Source of the DNA: a virus | Lineage: Duplodnaviria > Heunggongvirae > Uroviricota > Caudoviricetes | DNA length: 64,000 bases | Direction: 5' to 3' (one strand) | IMG/VR virus record: IMGVR_UViG_3300046047_000272 | Part shown: piece by piece, positions 34,565-45,133 of the stretch | Numbering within the stretch: the stretch's first letter is position 1 | Layout: the number at the start of each line of letters is the position of its first letter | Notes under the pieces: generated by a model | What the model was told of the DNA's origin: nothing | The model's database searches: none | What the model saw: the letters and a program-made list of their open reading frames with translations, nothing else | Program-made: the position numbers and the translations under genes

Positions 34565-35659
34565 TTATCCGTGTACTGCTGACGGTAAGGCAACATCATC
34601 TAATAGGTTGTCTATTTGGCGGTTCATGAGTGATAGATGTGATTGAGCATCATGGATGGACGTGTAATCCTCATTCAAAATGAGAAGTTTCTCATTCATA
34701 GACTGGAGTGTGTCCCTCATGCGTTCTAATTCACGAAGAGTAATCGTTGAGGACATGTTCAGACCATGAGTATTAGCATCACTAAGACACTCGGTGACGA
34801 CATTGAGATGCTCGCGCAGTGATTGCTGATCAAGGTGGTCAATCATCCTTCGATTATCAATGATGAGAGCAACGCATTGATCGTATACCGGTGAGCGTTC
34901 GTCAACGGGAAGATTCTTACTGACCTGTTGATAATGACGAATATCGTATTTGACGTCTAATGAGGACAGGCGACGCTGCATGGTGATAGCATCTCGTTCT
35001 GACAATACCCCTATCTGATCCTCGGTCAACGGTGTTGGTGACCAGATAGTCAATGGTTGTGTATCGTATTTCGTTCCACTGTAACTATGACCGATGGCCT
35101 CTAACGATGCCTCTGGTATACCAAGATGCTGAGCAGTGTCCTTAGCCGTCATGGTTGATACGATGACGGTATGCTCGTGCTGCTGGTCGTCATGAACGAT
35201 ATGCGTGGTGATATGAGATTGAAGGAGCGCTTGATCAAGAAGAAGATTAGTAAGATAGGGTATCAGAAACACAATGAAAGACGGCATCATCAGAGGAATG
35301 ATGTAACACATAATCATAAAACCGATACTGTCCGTATTATGAATAAGCGATAACGGAATGATCATACCAGATATAACCAAGACTATAGCAACTGGCGTAG
35401 CGACAAGATTGACATAGTCTAATGCTTTCTTATGATGCAATAAGCCACATAGTCTACGAAACCATCGATGCTTAAGCCGTTTCGATACGTGTCGTTCATA
35501 TAACTGCTTCACCATTACGGATAATCGTGATAGTCCAGTCTTCTTCTGACGATCTGTCAACGTATTTTTACGTGATTCATCAGATATCGATGAGTAGATA
35601 ACGCTAGGCGTGTCACTAATGGTCTGCTCAGCTAAGCGTTTCCGTTCCTGATTATTCAT
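34565..35659 (-). CDS. Two-TM membrane protein with coiled-coil tail
   Basis: 364-aa ORF. Confidence 0.7.
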   Translation of the reverse strand: MNNQERKRLAEQTISDTPSVIYSSISDESRKNTLTDRQKKTGLSRLSVMVKQLYERHVSKRLKHRWFRRLCGLLHHKKALDYVNLVATPVAIVLVISGMIIPLSLIHNTDSIGFMIMCYIIPLMMPSFIVFLIPYLTNLLLDQALLQSHITTHIVHDDQQHEHTVIVSTMTAKDTAQHLGIPEASLEAIGHSYSGTKYDTQPLTIWSPTPLTEDQIGVLSERDAITMQRRLSSLDVKYDIRHYQQVSKNLPVDERSPVYDQCVALIIDNRRMIDHLDQQSLREHLNVVTECLSDANTHGLNMSSTITLRELERMRDTLQSMNEKLLILNEDYTSIHDAQSHLSLMNRQIDNLLDDVALPSAVHG

Positions 35660-35674
35660 ATGGCCCTTCTCTCA

Positions 35675-36699
35675 TTAGTCATGACTAAGATCATCCCCAT
35701 CCTCAGTAACGATCAACCGGATCATCACACGATGACGATCATTACACCAGATTGACTTAATATCATCCCACGTGTAAGCCTTTGATGATCCAACGGCAGC
35801 CCACTCGTCATCATCACCGTTGAACGTTCGCTCGATCGCGTACTCTGAATACGATCCCGCTGGCTGCAATCTCTGGACGCTGATGACGTAAATGCCGTTA
35901 GCCTCTGGTTCATCCATGTCTGGAAGCAATGGTATTGGCTGATAATCAGATGGCTTTGGAATCATATCGTCAAGATACGTGGTGTTCGCACGGCGGAGGA
36001 CAGCGTTCACGGACTCGACGTACATGTCTAATCCGTATTCCTCCGTTAGCGTGTCCACCATCCGTGGCCAATCAACGTCTTGTTCATAATGCTGATAGGC
36101 TGACCATGCACCAGGCATACCTGAAATCATGGTAGCGAACGAGCCATCATAATGCGTCACGATATAATCATGGCTACCATCTGGCTCGTTCTGCACGCGT
36201 AGTACATCTCTCATGAATGACTCCTATCAGGTATCGTATATCATACGATTATACCACATCCTGACGAGTATGACGAGGAGCACTCTTAGAATTGGATTGG
36301 ATTCGTGTACGCGGGAGGATCAACAACGATAGCACCAAACATGCTATGACCCTCATATTGATTGCCGGAATATTCCCCATCGCCGTCATTGTCCTGATGA
36401 CGGCGTACAACGAAGCTGTCGTAATATCTTACGCTATGACTATTGATCACGTCTGAAAGATCGGCGTCATCGTATCCGAAGCAGACGATGTCATCAGGAC
36501 GACTATAAGAGGAGCCATTAAGGTCATTATTATTTGGCGCCTTCCTCAGTATCTTGAGTCCTGCGAATTCATTAAGATAGGATTCATCATTGATGCACTC
36601 ACAGAATTCTACATCGAGAGCATGACCCATCGCGGCCAGGAGACCCTTGATTCTTGGTTCATGATCCTCGATATTGAGTAGATCGTTAATGGTCAGCAT
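35675..36699 (-). other. Two hypothetical CDS (35675-36214, 36286-36699)
   Basis: ORFs with strong RBS. Confidence 0.6.
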
Positions 36700-36819
36700 A
36701 ATGATTCCTCCTAATGTGTACGATGATTATCGTATCATCATATTCAGGAGGACACGCTGGTTGGGTCACTTACTCATCTATGAATCATTTTCAAGATTGT
36801 GATACTATGACGTAATAGC

Positions 36820-37761
36820 ATGCTATACAGCATATGTAGGAGAAAGGACATGATGACGTCTATTAGGAATGGCGAATCAGGTACTCATGATCGTCATAGC
36901 TTACGAGGATTCGCGTCCCGTCAATGGACGCTGATTAAGCAGTATTACGTGAAGGGCGAGCGATTCGAGGAGAGCCTGCTCATTGGATTAGCCATGCTTT
37001 TCTCAGTCATCTATGGTGTTGATGTGCTCATGCCAATGCCATCATGGGCTCACATCGTTCTACGAGTGCTGCTCGGTGTCATATGGAGTGTCTTCATTGC
37101 TGATTACATCATGTCGTGGATCGTCTCCGATAGAACGAGGAAATGGTTCCTATCATCAATCCTCGATTTATTATCAGCCATCCTACCCATGATGAGAGTC
37201 TTGAAACTTCTGCACTTTCTAACGGCCTTCAGACTGTTGAAACGCACATCAAACATTGCTTTTAGGAGTAAGTTGACTGTGTATGCTCTTACAGGAGCCT
37301 CAATGATTACATTCCTAGGATCACTGGCTGTATACGATGTTGAACGAGGAGCTACTGGTGCTCGTATCACATCATTTGGTAAGGTTATCTGGTGGTCATT
37401 CGTGACCATCACAACCGTTGGTTATGGCGATTACTATCCTGTGACGATTGTAGGAAAGATCATTGGCGTGATCCTCGTGCTCTGCGGACTGGTTCTTACA
37501 GGTATCATCACAGCGTCCTTAGCCTTATGGATTGTGAATGAGACGTCTCGTCGGGAATTGAAACATAATAAGAAGCTCATGAGTCATACTGATGAGAAGA
37601 TCACTGCTCTTTCTCATGAGATCGCATCATTGAGACAAGTGATCATGGAGACGAGCATGGGGTCAGAGCATTCAGAGCATCTGACCCCATGTAAGCACGA
37701 TCATGTATTAGATCATGACGATGATCACACCCATCACGCCGAAAAGAATCCCGAAGATTGA
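36820..37761 (+). CDS. Potassium channel family protein
   Basis: WWSFVTITTVGYGDYYP selectivity filter; multiple TM segments. Confidence 0.92.
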   Translation: MLYSICRRKDMMTSIRNGESGTHDRHSLRGFASRQWTLIKQYYVKGERFEESLLIGLAMLFSVIYGVDVLMPMPSWAHIVLRVLLGVIWSVFIADYIMSWIVSDRTRKWFLSSILDLLSAILPMMRVLKLLHFLTAFRLLKRTSNIAFRSKLTVYALTGASMITFLGSLAVYDVERGATGARITSFGKVIWWSFVTITTVGYGDYYPVTIVGKIIGVILVLCGLVLTGIITASLALWIVNETSRRELKHNKKLMSHTDEKITALSHEIASLRQVIMETSMGSEHSEHLTPCKHDHVLDHDDDHTHHAEKNPED

Positions 37762-38079
37762 GAAGACGATGCCCCTACTCGTATGATGTCTCCTCATGGA
37801 GATGATGCTGATAGCTCCCAGCGCAATGGCCAAGGCAGACGCTCCTGAGAGCAATAAGAAGGATACGGCCGTGTAGACGATCATGCCATATAAGGATAAC
37901 ACGAGAGCACATAATCCTGCAACCATACTCAGCACAGCGATAAGACTGATCTTAGGTTTGATGGTTGATTCCACTGGTGTCGTGTCGACCTTCTTATTAC
38001 TAGCTTCGATAACAGTATGGCGTGGCTCCGCGTCCTCGTCTAATACGTCAAATGGTGATGGTATATGTTGATCGTTCAT
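37708..38079 (-). CDS. Small membrane protein (DUF4190-like)
   Basis: AVLSMVAG...ALGAISI...GIVFSIFGI. Confidence 0.55.
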   Translation of the reverse strand: MNDQHIPSPFDVLDEDAEPRHTVIEASNKKVDTTPVESTIKPKISLIAVLSMVAGLCALVLSLYGMIVYTAVSFLLLSGASALAIALGAISIISMRRHHTSRGIVFSIFGILFGVMGVIIVMI

Positions 38080-38238
38080 AACAGTGTCCTTACTTGCCAG
38101 AGAATGATGATATTTCCTACTTGGTAGATATCAGATCAAGGACAATGATCATGCCAAATAGCCAATCTAACTATCTAGTGATATAATGTTCTTAGTGACT
38201 ACAATATACAAATCATTACTAATTGGAGGAATGAAATC

Positions 38239-38293
38239 ATGAGCAACACGCTAACTCCTGATTAGGTATTTATTGTCTATCTACTTAAGGAGT
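38239..38293 (+). promoter_or_regulatory. Leader peptide MSNTLTPD* plus SD-sequestering hairpin
   Basis: GGAGG-9-ATG uORF (38239-38265); ACTCCT pairs with the AGGAGT SD of the next gene. Confidence 0.55.
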
Positions 38294-38301
38294 AATGAAT
38301 A

Positions 38302-38952
38302 ATGTCTAGAACTATCAAGGACACGCCATACCATGTAATTCATGACCGTGCTCGCGATGAGGACTATACTCGCAGATCAAATATCAACACTCGCTGGTAC
38401 GGATCTGGACGATACACCATGATGGTCATCAGCATTCCTGAGGATATGGATTACCTCATTCAGGATTGGTCTGATTGGATGCAGTCCATAGGACTCGATG
38501 TCTGCATACGTCGACATGAGCACACCGGATACGAGCGTCTCTTCCCTCGAATTCTCGTTACTAATCGTGCTGGACTAGCGTTCATGAATGATCTTGATGA
38601 CGAAGATCGTCCAGAGCGTCGAGCACTTGACCCGAATATGGTGATTGACGCGACGAGTATGGTCACCAAGATCGAGGGACATGCTAAGCCCTCAGAGGAC
38701 GATGAGCCCGCTGTTTATGAGTCCGTTGATGTTAATGAGTATGCATTCATCGATCATGAACATCGCAAGGATCGACACGTCAACGCTGGTCTTATCCGCC
38801 GCTGGTACAAGGATGAACGCTTCATGCCAGAACGATCAACCGTCAAGGATCATCTACGTCATGCTGTACTCAGATACAACGCGGATGAGGACCTTGATGA
38901 CTGGGACGATGACCTAGTCAGTCAGAGGAAGCCATACGTCCTACGCTGGTGA
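38302..38952 (+). CDS. Hypothetical protein (MSRTIKDTPY N-terminus)
   Basis: 216-aa ORF with AAGGAG RBS. Confidence 0.7.
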   Translation: MSRTIKDTPYHVIHDRARDEDYTRRSNINTRWYGSGRYTMMVISIPEDMDYLIQDWSDWMQSIGLDVCIRRHEHTGYERLFPRILVTNRAGLAFMNDLDDEDRPERRALDPNMVIDATSMVTKIEGHAKPSEDDEPAVYESVDVNEYAFIDHEHRKDRHVNAGLIRRWYKDERFMPERSTVKDHLRHAVLRYNADEDLDDWDDDLVSQRKPYVLRW

Positions 38953-38967
38953 CATGACCGCTTAATC

Positions 38968-39039
38968 AAGGCGCCAAATATGATATCTTATCGGGACTAT
39001 GTGAGATAAGATATCATATTTGGCGCCTTATCTTTTTTT
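38968..39039 (+). terminator. 25-bp perfect stem terminator
   Basis: AAGGCGCCAAATATGATATCTTATC inverted repeat followed by a T tract. Confidence 0.85.
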
Positions 39040-39069
39040 ATGATCAACGTCATCTACACCGTCATTCTC

Positions 39070-39631
39070 TGATGCTATACCAAGGATCAATAATTACTCG
39101 GACACAGGGTTCGAGTCCGTTAGACCGGCGGTTCTGAGCGTCTCAGTATGATCTCACCGTCATTCCTCAGCAACACATCCTCAGATCACATGAGAACCAG
39201 GGAATGGCAATGATTAGCAGGGTCAATGGCTCTGTAGAACCAGTGAAGAACATCATGCTCTAGTGTGCAGGAGTGATTTTCAGGAACCGCGGCACTGCAA
39301 CGATAAACCGTGTCCACGAGGAAGCATATCCTAGGAATACGCTCTGCTGGAGCGCCCAGCCATCAGGCAGGAACGATCCCCCAGCACACTCCTGATCACA
39401 TCACCAATGATCATGCACCAGCGATCATGCATGACGCCCATCACCATGCACCACTGCCGTCATGATCACTTAGATAGAGACCCATATGATTGATGGATGT
39501 ACGATTATGACAGTAGACGCAAATATGCGTCCATCTCTAGATATGATGCTAAGCCGCCGTCCTCGGACGCTGCTACGAGGATCAGTAATTATACGGATAC
39601 TGGGTCTGCGTCCGATAGACCGGCGGTTCTG
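39070..39631 (-). repeat. Inverted locus: A10 (39631-39539) - variable - B6 (from 39353) - A9 (3' arm deleted)
   Basis: Reverse complement of the A and B modules. Confidence 0.93.
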
Positions 39632-39717
39632 TTGTCTCTGAATATCCTTGTGGCCTGAATACAGGATTGTCCATATTCAGGCCACGGGTTCGTCAAGGAT
39701 AGATGACGATTGCAGGT

Positions 39718-40044
39718 TCACTCAGCATTGATGAGACGTTCATAGGATTGCGGTGCGTAGATAACCTCGGCTGCCGAGTATAGCGTGTGAATCAGACCGC
39801 GTTGATGATCAAGCATCTCAGCGTATCGAGTGATGTCGGCCTTCATAGCGTCTGAATCTGGCTGGTCGCTAATGAACGATCTGACTGCGGGGAGCCATTG
39901 CTGAGCAGGGAGCTCATGTTGATCGAGTAGGTCATTGAAGTCAGTTTCGATATCGCCATCGTAGACATCATGGGCTGTGAGGTGATGCTCCTCGATATAT
40001 GCCTTCATGAGCTCGTCGACGTGGTCTGATATGATGTTTGCCAT
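39718..40044 (-). CDS. Hypothetical protein
   Basis: GAGGAG RBS and repeated promoter cassette. Confidence 0.65.
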   Translation of the reverse strand: MANIISDHVDELMKAYIEEHHLTAHDVYDGDIETDFNDLLDQHELPAQQWLPAVRSFISDQPDSDAMKADITRYAEMLDHQRGLIHTLYSAAEVIYAPQSYERLINAE

Positions 40045-40155
40045 GATATGCTCCTCAACAGGTTTGCTTGATACTCTGATTATACGTGGCTTGTCGATAA
40101 GACATGCCGGTTACGAGCAATATGCGATAGGAGGAGCATCATTATTAATGACGGC

Positions 40156-41100
40156 TCATGCATCCATGATGGTCTTCTGATACGCTGGGCATCCCTCGAT
40201 GAAGGACATCATGTATGGGCTGAGACCAGATCTTTTGAGTCTGACAAGCTCATCGTTCATGAGATCTGCTGGCATGCCCCACATGGCCTCAGCAATAGCT
40301 CCACTCATAGCGCATTGCGTGTCAGCGTCTCCTCCCAGTCTGATGGTGTTCCTAAGTGTGGACACGTAATCAACACTGGTGGGATCGAGGAATGCACAGA
40401 TGGCTTCGGGGACTGATCCCTGGCATGAGACGTCGAATTCGTATCCAGTGTTGATGATGTCGTCAACAGTGCGATCAAGATCGTACTGGTAGAGGCCTTC
40501 CTCTGGGTGGAAGTTCATGTATTTCTCCACGATCTGCTTGACGCTCTTCTTATCATGGGTGGTTCTGGCGGCGAAGACGGCCATAGCGATGGCCACGGCG
40601 CCCCTGATGCCCTCTGGGTGATCGTGCGTGCAGGCCGCTGAGGTGACGGCATTCATGAAGATATCCTTCTCGTTGTCATACAGCCATCCGATGGGGCTGA
40701 CTCTCATAGCTGATCCATTACCATATGATCCGTATGGCTCAAGTCCAGATGGTGGCGTTGATGTCTCAGCGTGATCCAGTGATAACGTCTCCGAGCCATC
40801 TAAATTGCCCTTGACTGACCATGCGAGGAACCGTGATCCGTATCCTGAGTCCGGCCAGGTGAAAACGGCTCTGGCGAATAATGACGATAACGCATCAGCG
40901 AAGACGTCATGATCATGCGTGGGATCGAAGAGATCCCGATGGGCGAATGCGTGACCAACCATGCAGGTCAGTACGCTATCATCAGTGTAATCATACTCAC
41001 TCTTCCTGAGATCGTAACTTGGGTCATTCGCGTATGCCGGTGCGCCAGTATACTCCGATGGTGCGCCAGCGACATCTCCAAAACATGCTCCTAGGGTCAT
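40156..41100 (-). CDS. ADP-ribosylglycohydrolase (DraG/ARH family)
   Basis: GDVAG, YTDDS, GNGSAMRVSP, THDHPEG, GGDADT. Confidence 0.92.
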   Translation of the reverse strand: MTLGACFGDVAGAPSEYTGAPAYANDPSYDLRKSEYDYTDDSVLTCMVGHAFAHRDLFDPTHDHDVFADALSSLFARAVFTWPDSGYGSRFLAWSVKGNLDGSETLSLDHAETSTPPSGLEPYGSYGNGSAMRVSPIGWLYDNEKDIFMNAVTSAACTHDHPEGIRGAVAIAMAVFAARTTHDKKSVKQIVEKYMNFHPEEGLYQYDLDRTVDDIINTGYEFDVSCQGSVPEAICAFLDPTSVDYVSTLRNTIRLGGDADTQCAMSGAIAEAMWGMPADLMNDELVRLKRSGLSPYMMSFIEGCPAYQKTIMDA

Positions 41101-41340
41101 AATGCTCTATCTCCTTCTTTCGATTTACTGACATATCGTAATTGGATAGTCAGGTCTTGTCAAAAAAAGATATAATCATCGTACTGAAGCGATGCATCGG
41201 CATTGATATGATCATGTTTGGTTTGGTGAAGACATGATCATCAAGCGACGATACGCTGGATCTGGAGCCAGTAAGACGGAATATTCGGCTAAATAATCAT
41301 ATACATATATGTGATAGGATGATCCTAGAAGGAGGCCATC

Positions 41341-41622
41341 ATGGCTGTACAGGTGTCCACGGACTTGATGGACAGGATCAATGCTCTTCATGACGTTGAG
41401 CAGAGCACGGTCCGAGTAGATTTCTATGCTGATGACGACAAGATCCACTTAGAGGTCATTCACGGTGTCTTGACATATGTTGACCGTGAGGCTATTCAGG
41501 TGACGCCAAATGCCTATGATCATCATGATTATCCATCGGATTGGGTGGACACGACCAGTAACGACCATCCTCATATCGTGTCTATTCCCATGTCACAGGT
41601 ATACTCGGTCATGGCCGTTTAA
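41341..41622 (+). CDS. Hypothetical protein
   Basis: AAGGAGG RBS. Confidence 0.6.
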   Translation: MAVQVSTDLMDRINALHDVEQSTVRVDFYADDDKIHLEVIHGVLTYVDREAIQVTPNAYDHHDYPSDWVDTTSNDHPHIVSIPMSQVYSVMAV

Positions 41623-41722
41623 CGAACATCGAGGCTGTCGTCATATGAACATGATACAATAAGCCATTAGAAGGACTGAAGACGCATAGGCCTTGATGGT
41701 CAAATTCTAGAAGGAGACAGGT

Positions 41723-42442
41723 ATGAGCACCATCGCATTTAGGAACCGAGTCAAGGAGCGCCCATGGGTTGACGACCCTACTGTTGACGATCGTGAGGAC
41801 GATCCTTACGCGCTGATCATTATCGTCAAGGAGCTCAAAGATCCATCTACTGGACAGGAGATCGTACCAGAGGATCATTACGTTCGTGCGGCCAGCGATG
41901 CTCTAGTGGCCCTACTCGGTGAGTATGGTGATGATCATATTGTGACGAAGAGGCTTGACGCTTGGTTAGACACCCGCATCCGGAAGCTAGTGAAGAGGGC
42001 TAAGCCATCACGATTCGACGCTATCAAGAACGATCATACGCTATCCTTAGTGACGCGATCATGTCATGACGCTGAGGTCATGGTTCTAGCACCGTTGCGT
42101 CGTAGTGAGCAACCATTGTCTGTACGCAAGCTTCAAGTATCCGGTTTCACGACACGAACGAGAGCCTATGACGTCACGGCATCAGGCCCACATCTACATG
42201 TCATCGTGAATGGTGCCCTCAACATGACCACGGGGAAGATCATCGCTCAGTATGGGCATGCCGTGCAATTAGCGTTCCAGAGCCTATCCGACGATGATTA
42301 CGCTACTTGGATGGCGCATGGCTTTGCCACTGACTACGATCTTGCTGATCCATCACCTGATGATCCTATCATCGTACACGATGCTGGATACACTGAGATC
42401 GCGTCAAATTCATTCACGGCGTCTGCAACGATGATCGCCTAA
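41723..42442 (+). CDS. Peptidyl-tRNA hydrolase Pth2-like protein (actinobacterial two-domain type)
   Basis: NMTTGKIIAQYGHAVQLA and VHDAGYTEIA. Confidence 0.8.
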   Translation: MSTIAFRNRVKERPWVDDPTVDDREDDPYALIIIVKELKDPSTGQEIVPEDHYVRAASDALVALLGEYGDDHIVTKRLDAWLDTRIRKLVKRAKPSRFDAIKNDHTLSLVTRSCHDAEVMVLAPLRRSEQPLSVRKLQVSGFTTRTRAYDVTASGPHLHVIVNGALNMTTGKIIAQYGHAVQLAFQSLSDDDYATWMAHGFATDYDLADPSPDDPIIVHDAGYTEIASNSFTASATMIA

Positions 42443-42785
42443 TCGATGGCTTGCGCATCATGTCATCATCGACAACGGACACCATAAACGATGATGGTGT
42501 CCGTTGTCCTTTCTGATGTAGGCTTCACCATTCGAGGACATTCATACGCATGGTCGAACTCACCATGGAATCATAATGATGCGCAAGCCTTGACTGTTGC
42601 TTAGACGTCAGGTTACGACGAAGAGTAAGAGCCATTAGGTCAGCTTGATCGTATATATGTCATCGTGGTCGAGGCATTTATCAACAATGGCCGTGTGGCC
42701 ATTCAGTATGACGCTTCTATCAATGATCACAGGATTGGCGTGTCTTCTGTCCATATGATGATATGACGTGGTACGATGATCACCT

Positions 42786-43031
42786 ATGGATACGAATACG
42801 ATACATCAGCGTCTCATGACGATGACCGATGCTATGATCATGCTTCATATGAGTGAGAAGACTCTGCATCGAGTTATTGACGCGGGCCGATTGCACGTCG
42901 TAGTCAGTGACCGTCAGTCTTATCTTGACGAGGACGAGGTGCAGCGTTATGAGGAGATGAAGAGGCAGAGGCTACATCGAATCATACAAGCCTCTGATGC
43001 TAGGGACGCTCTAGAGCACGATAGCCGGTGA
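42786..43031 (+). CDS. Excisionase-like HTH protein
   Basis: MTMTDAMIMLHMSEKTLHRVIDAGRL. Confidence 0.65.
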   Translation: MDTNTIHQRLMTMTDAMIMLHMSEKTLHRVIDAGRLHVVVSDRQSYLDEDEVQRYEEMKRQRLHRIIQASDARDALEHDSR

Positions 43032-43152
43032 CCCGTCCACTGACTGAGTGATGACCGGTCCATTTCGATACATTGTCTTGACTGCGCATATACGACGGCG
43101 TGTCGTGATGAGGATGATGCTATGATCATGGATAAAGGCACGTAACATTACG

Positions 43153-43910
43153 ATGGGAGTCATCATGGACATGATCAATGAGTTGATAGCTAACGGGACA
43201 TACGATTTCAGTACTGATGAGGACCTGGATAACATCGAGTCCATGCAACGATTCCTCGATGACGCTGAGGCCGGTGATTGTGTTCACGATGATGCAGGCA
43301 CGATGGTGACGCTCATCGTTGACGAGGAATGGTTCAGATTAGACTCCTATGGTCTTGGCGACTTCTATCATCATCGTATAGAATGCACACCGATCACCCC
43401 TGACGGAGATGAACGATGACGGCATGACGCTCAGGCGGCGGAAAGCGTCAACAGCCATCCTAGAGCCTGTTAGACACGACAATGCGATTAGTCAGTCAAG
43501 TCCATGCTATGATCTGTTATGTCCATCATGCATAGCAAGGAGCCATCATGTCAACCATCATTCCATCCATTCACGCATTCATCACATCACATTATGATGC
43601 TCACCACGGTATCGTCGTATCACCGATCAGTGATAACGATTATAGTCTTAAAGATTGCATCATGATGCCTGATGGTCGTTCATATATGCTGTCCATCATC
43701 ATGTTCAATAGATCAGCGAACATTAGCTTTGGCCAATACATCGATGAGACCAAGAGGCCCTTCACCGCTGAGATCTTCCATGAATACGCCATTCCTCTTC
43801 CTGATACTGATGATGGTATCGTTGATATGGTGTCGACGATCATTGACCGCTTGATGCAAGCCATGATCATCATTCAGGATGTGCATAGGGATTATGCTCC
43901 CGTCCACTGA
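43153..43910 (+). other. Two hypothetical CDS (43153-43419, 43548-43910)
   Basis: ORF track; promoter or RBS upstream. Confidence 0.5.
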
Positions 43911-44015
43911 TTCATGCATCCTTGCTTTGTCCCGCTAATCATGATAGGATGATATTAACACGATTATTGGGTCATGATGAGACTCGTGATCATATAATCA
44001 CGACTGGAGGACGAA

Positions 44016-45063
44016 GTGGACAATCATCTATTCATGAAAACCATCGACGATGCCGCGGACATGACTGATAGGCTCTTCGATAATTTTGAGCGAGCCGAGA
44101 CGACGGACGAGGATCGTTTCGTGACGGTTCTGATATCGAAGCCTGGCGTTGGTAAGTCGTCTGTGGTGGCAAGGAAGGCTCGTGAGCGTGGATATGATCT
44201 CATTGATCTGAATCTTGCCTGCATTGAGCCTACGGACATTATTGGTCTTGGCGCGAGGGAACGACGTGATGATGGTACGTGGATGACTGTGCCAGCATTG
44301 CCATCGTGGGCAAATCTAGCATTACGTGGCCACACCATCATCCTTCGTGGATGAGTTTAATAACACGATGCCTGATACGCTGGCAGGCTTTCAGAAGATG
44401 TTCTCAGATTTCGTGATTAATGGTCATAAGCTTCCACGGACGACGCATATCATCGGAGCTTGCAATCCCCCTGGACCTGACGCTCTCTTCGCGGCGAAGA
44501 AACTCAGTGGTGCGTTTAGACGTCGTCTATGCATGATCCCCATTTACGATGATTACGCTTACGTCGAGAAGAAGCATCATGTGACTGTCCCTAGTAGTCT
44601 TAGAACCAGTGATTACACTGATATTGGTGATTACTGTGCCTATGATGGCTTCTCATCAGCCATAGCTGATAATGTCTGCACCATCGCAGAATATCAGGAC
44701 ATGTCCGAGGAAGATAAGACCTGTCTGATTGCTGGATTCGGTAAGCAGGCCATCAACTTTGCTCTTGAGAATGGTTTTATCACCTCAGACACTGTTGATG
44801 ATGCGTATGACGTCGAGTCTGATGACGATGATGGCATCACATATAAGACCTGGAAGAAGAATCCTAATGACGATGTGAATGAATTCCAACAGACACAATG
44901 GGTACAACGATCAATCAGCAATTCGAATAATTATAATCGTTCAAAACTCTTTGTCGGACGTATTAGCAATAAGACCATCTACAAGTTAGCCTATGGATTA
45001 TTGAAAAGTAAATTCCACGCTGAGTATCTTGCTGACGATATGAAGCTACCAGCAGAGAAGTAA
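44016..45063 (+). CDS. MoxR-like AAA+ ATPase, 1-nt frameshift near 44342
   Basis: Walker A SKPGVGKS, EPTDIIG, Walker B FVDEFN in the second frame, ACNP, AFRRR. Confidence 0.85.
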
Positions 45064-45133
45064 GGCCGTCAGGGATAGTCATATATGACCATCCCGCTAT
45101 GCTTACGATAACGATATAGGATATGGAGGTATC

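Noticed and set aside
39105-39120. tRNA from GGGTTCGAGTCC (also at ~6208-6219, minus strand)
   Set aside because: No cloverleaf; present in only 2 of 12 A copies
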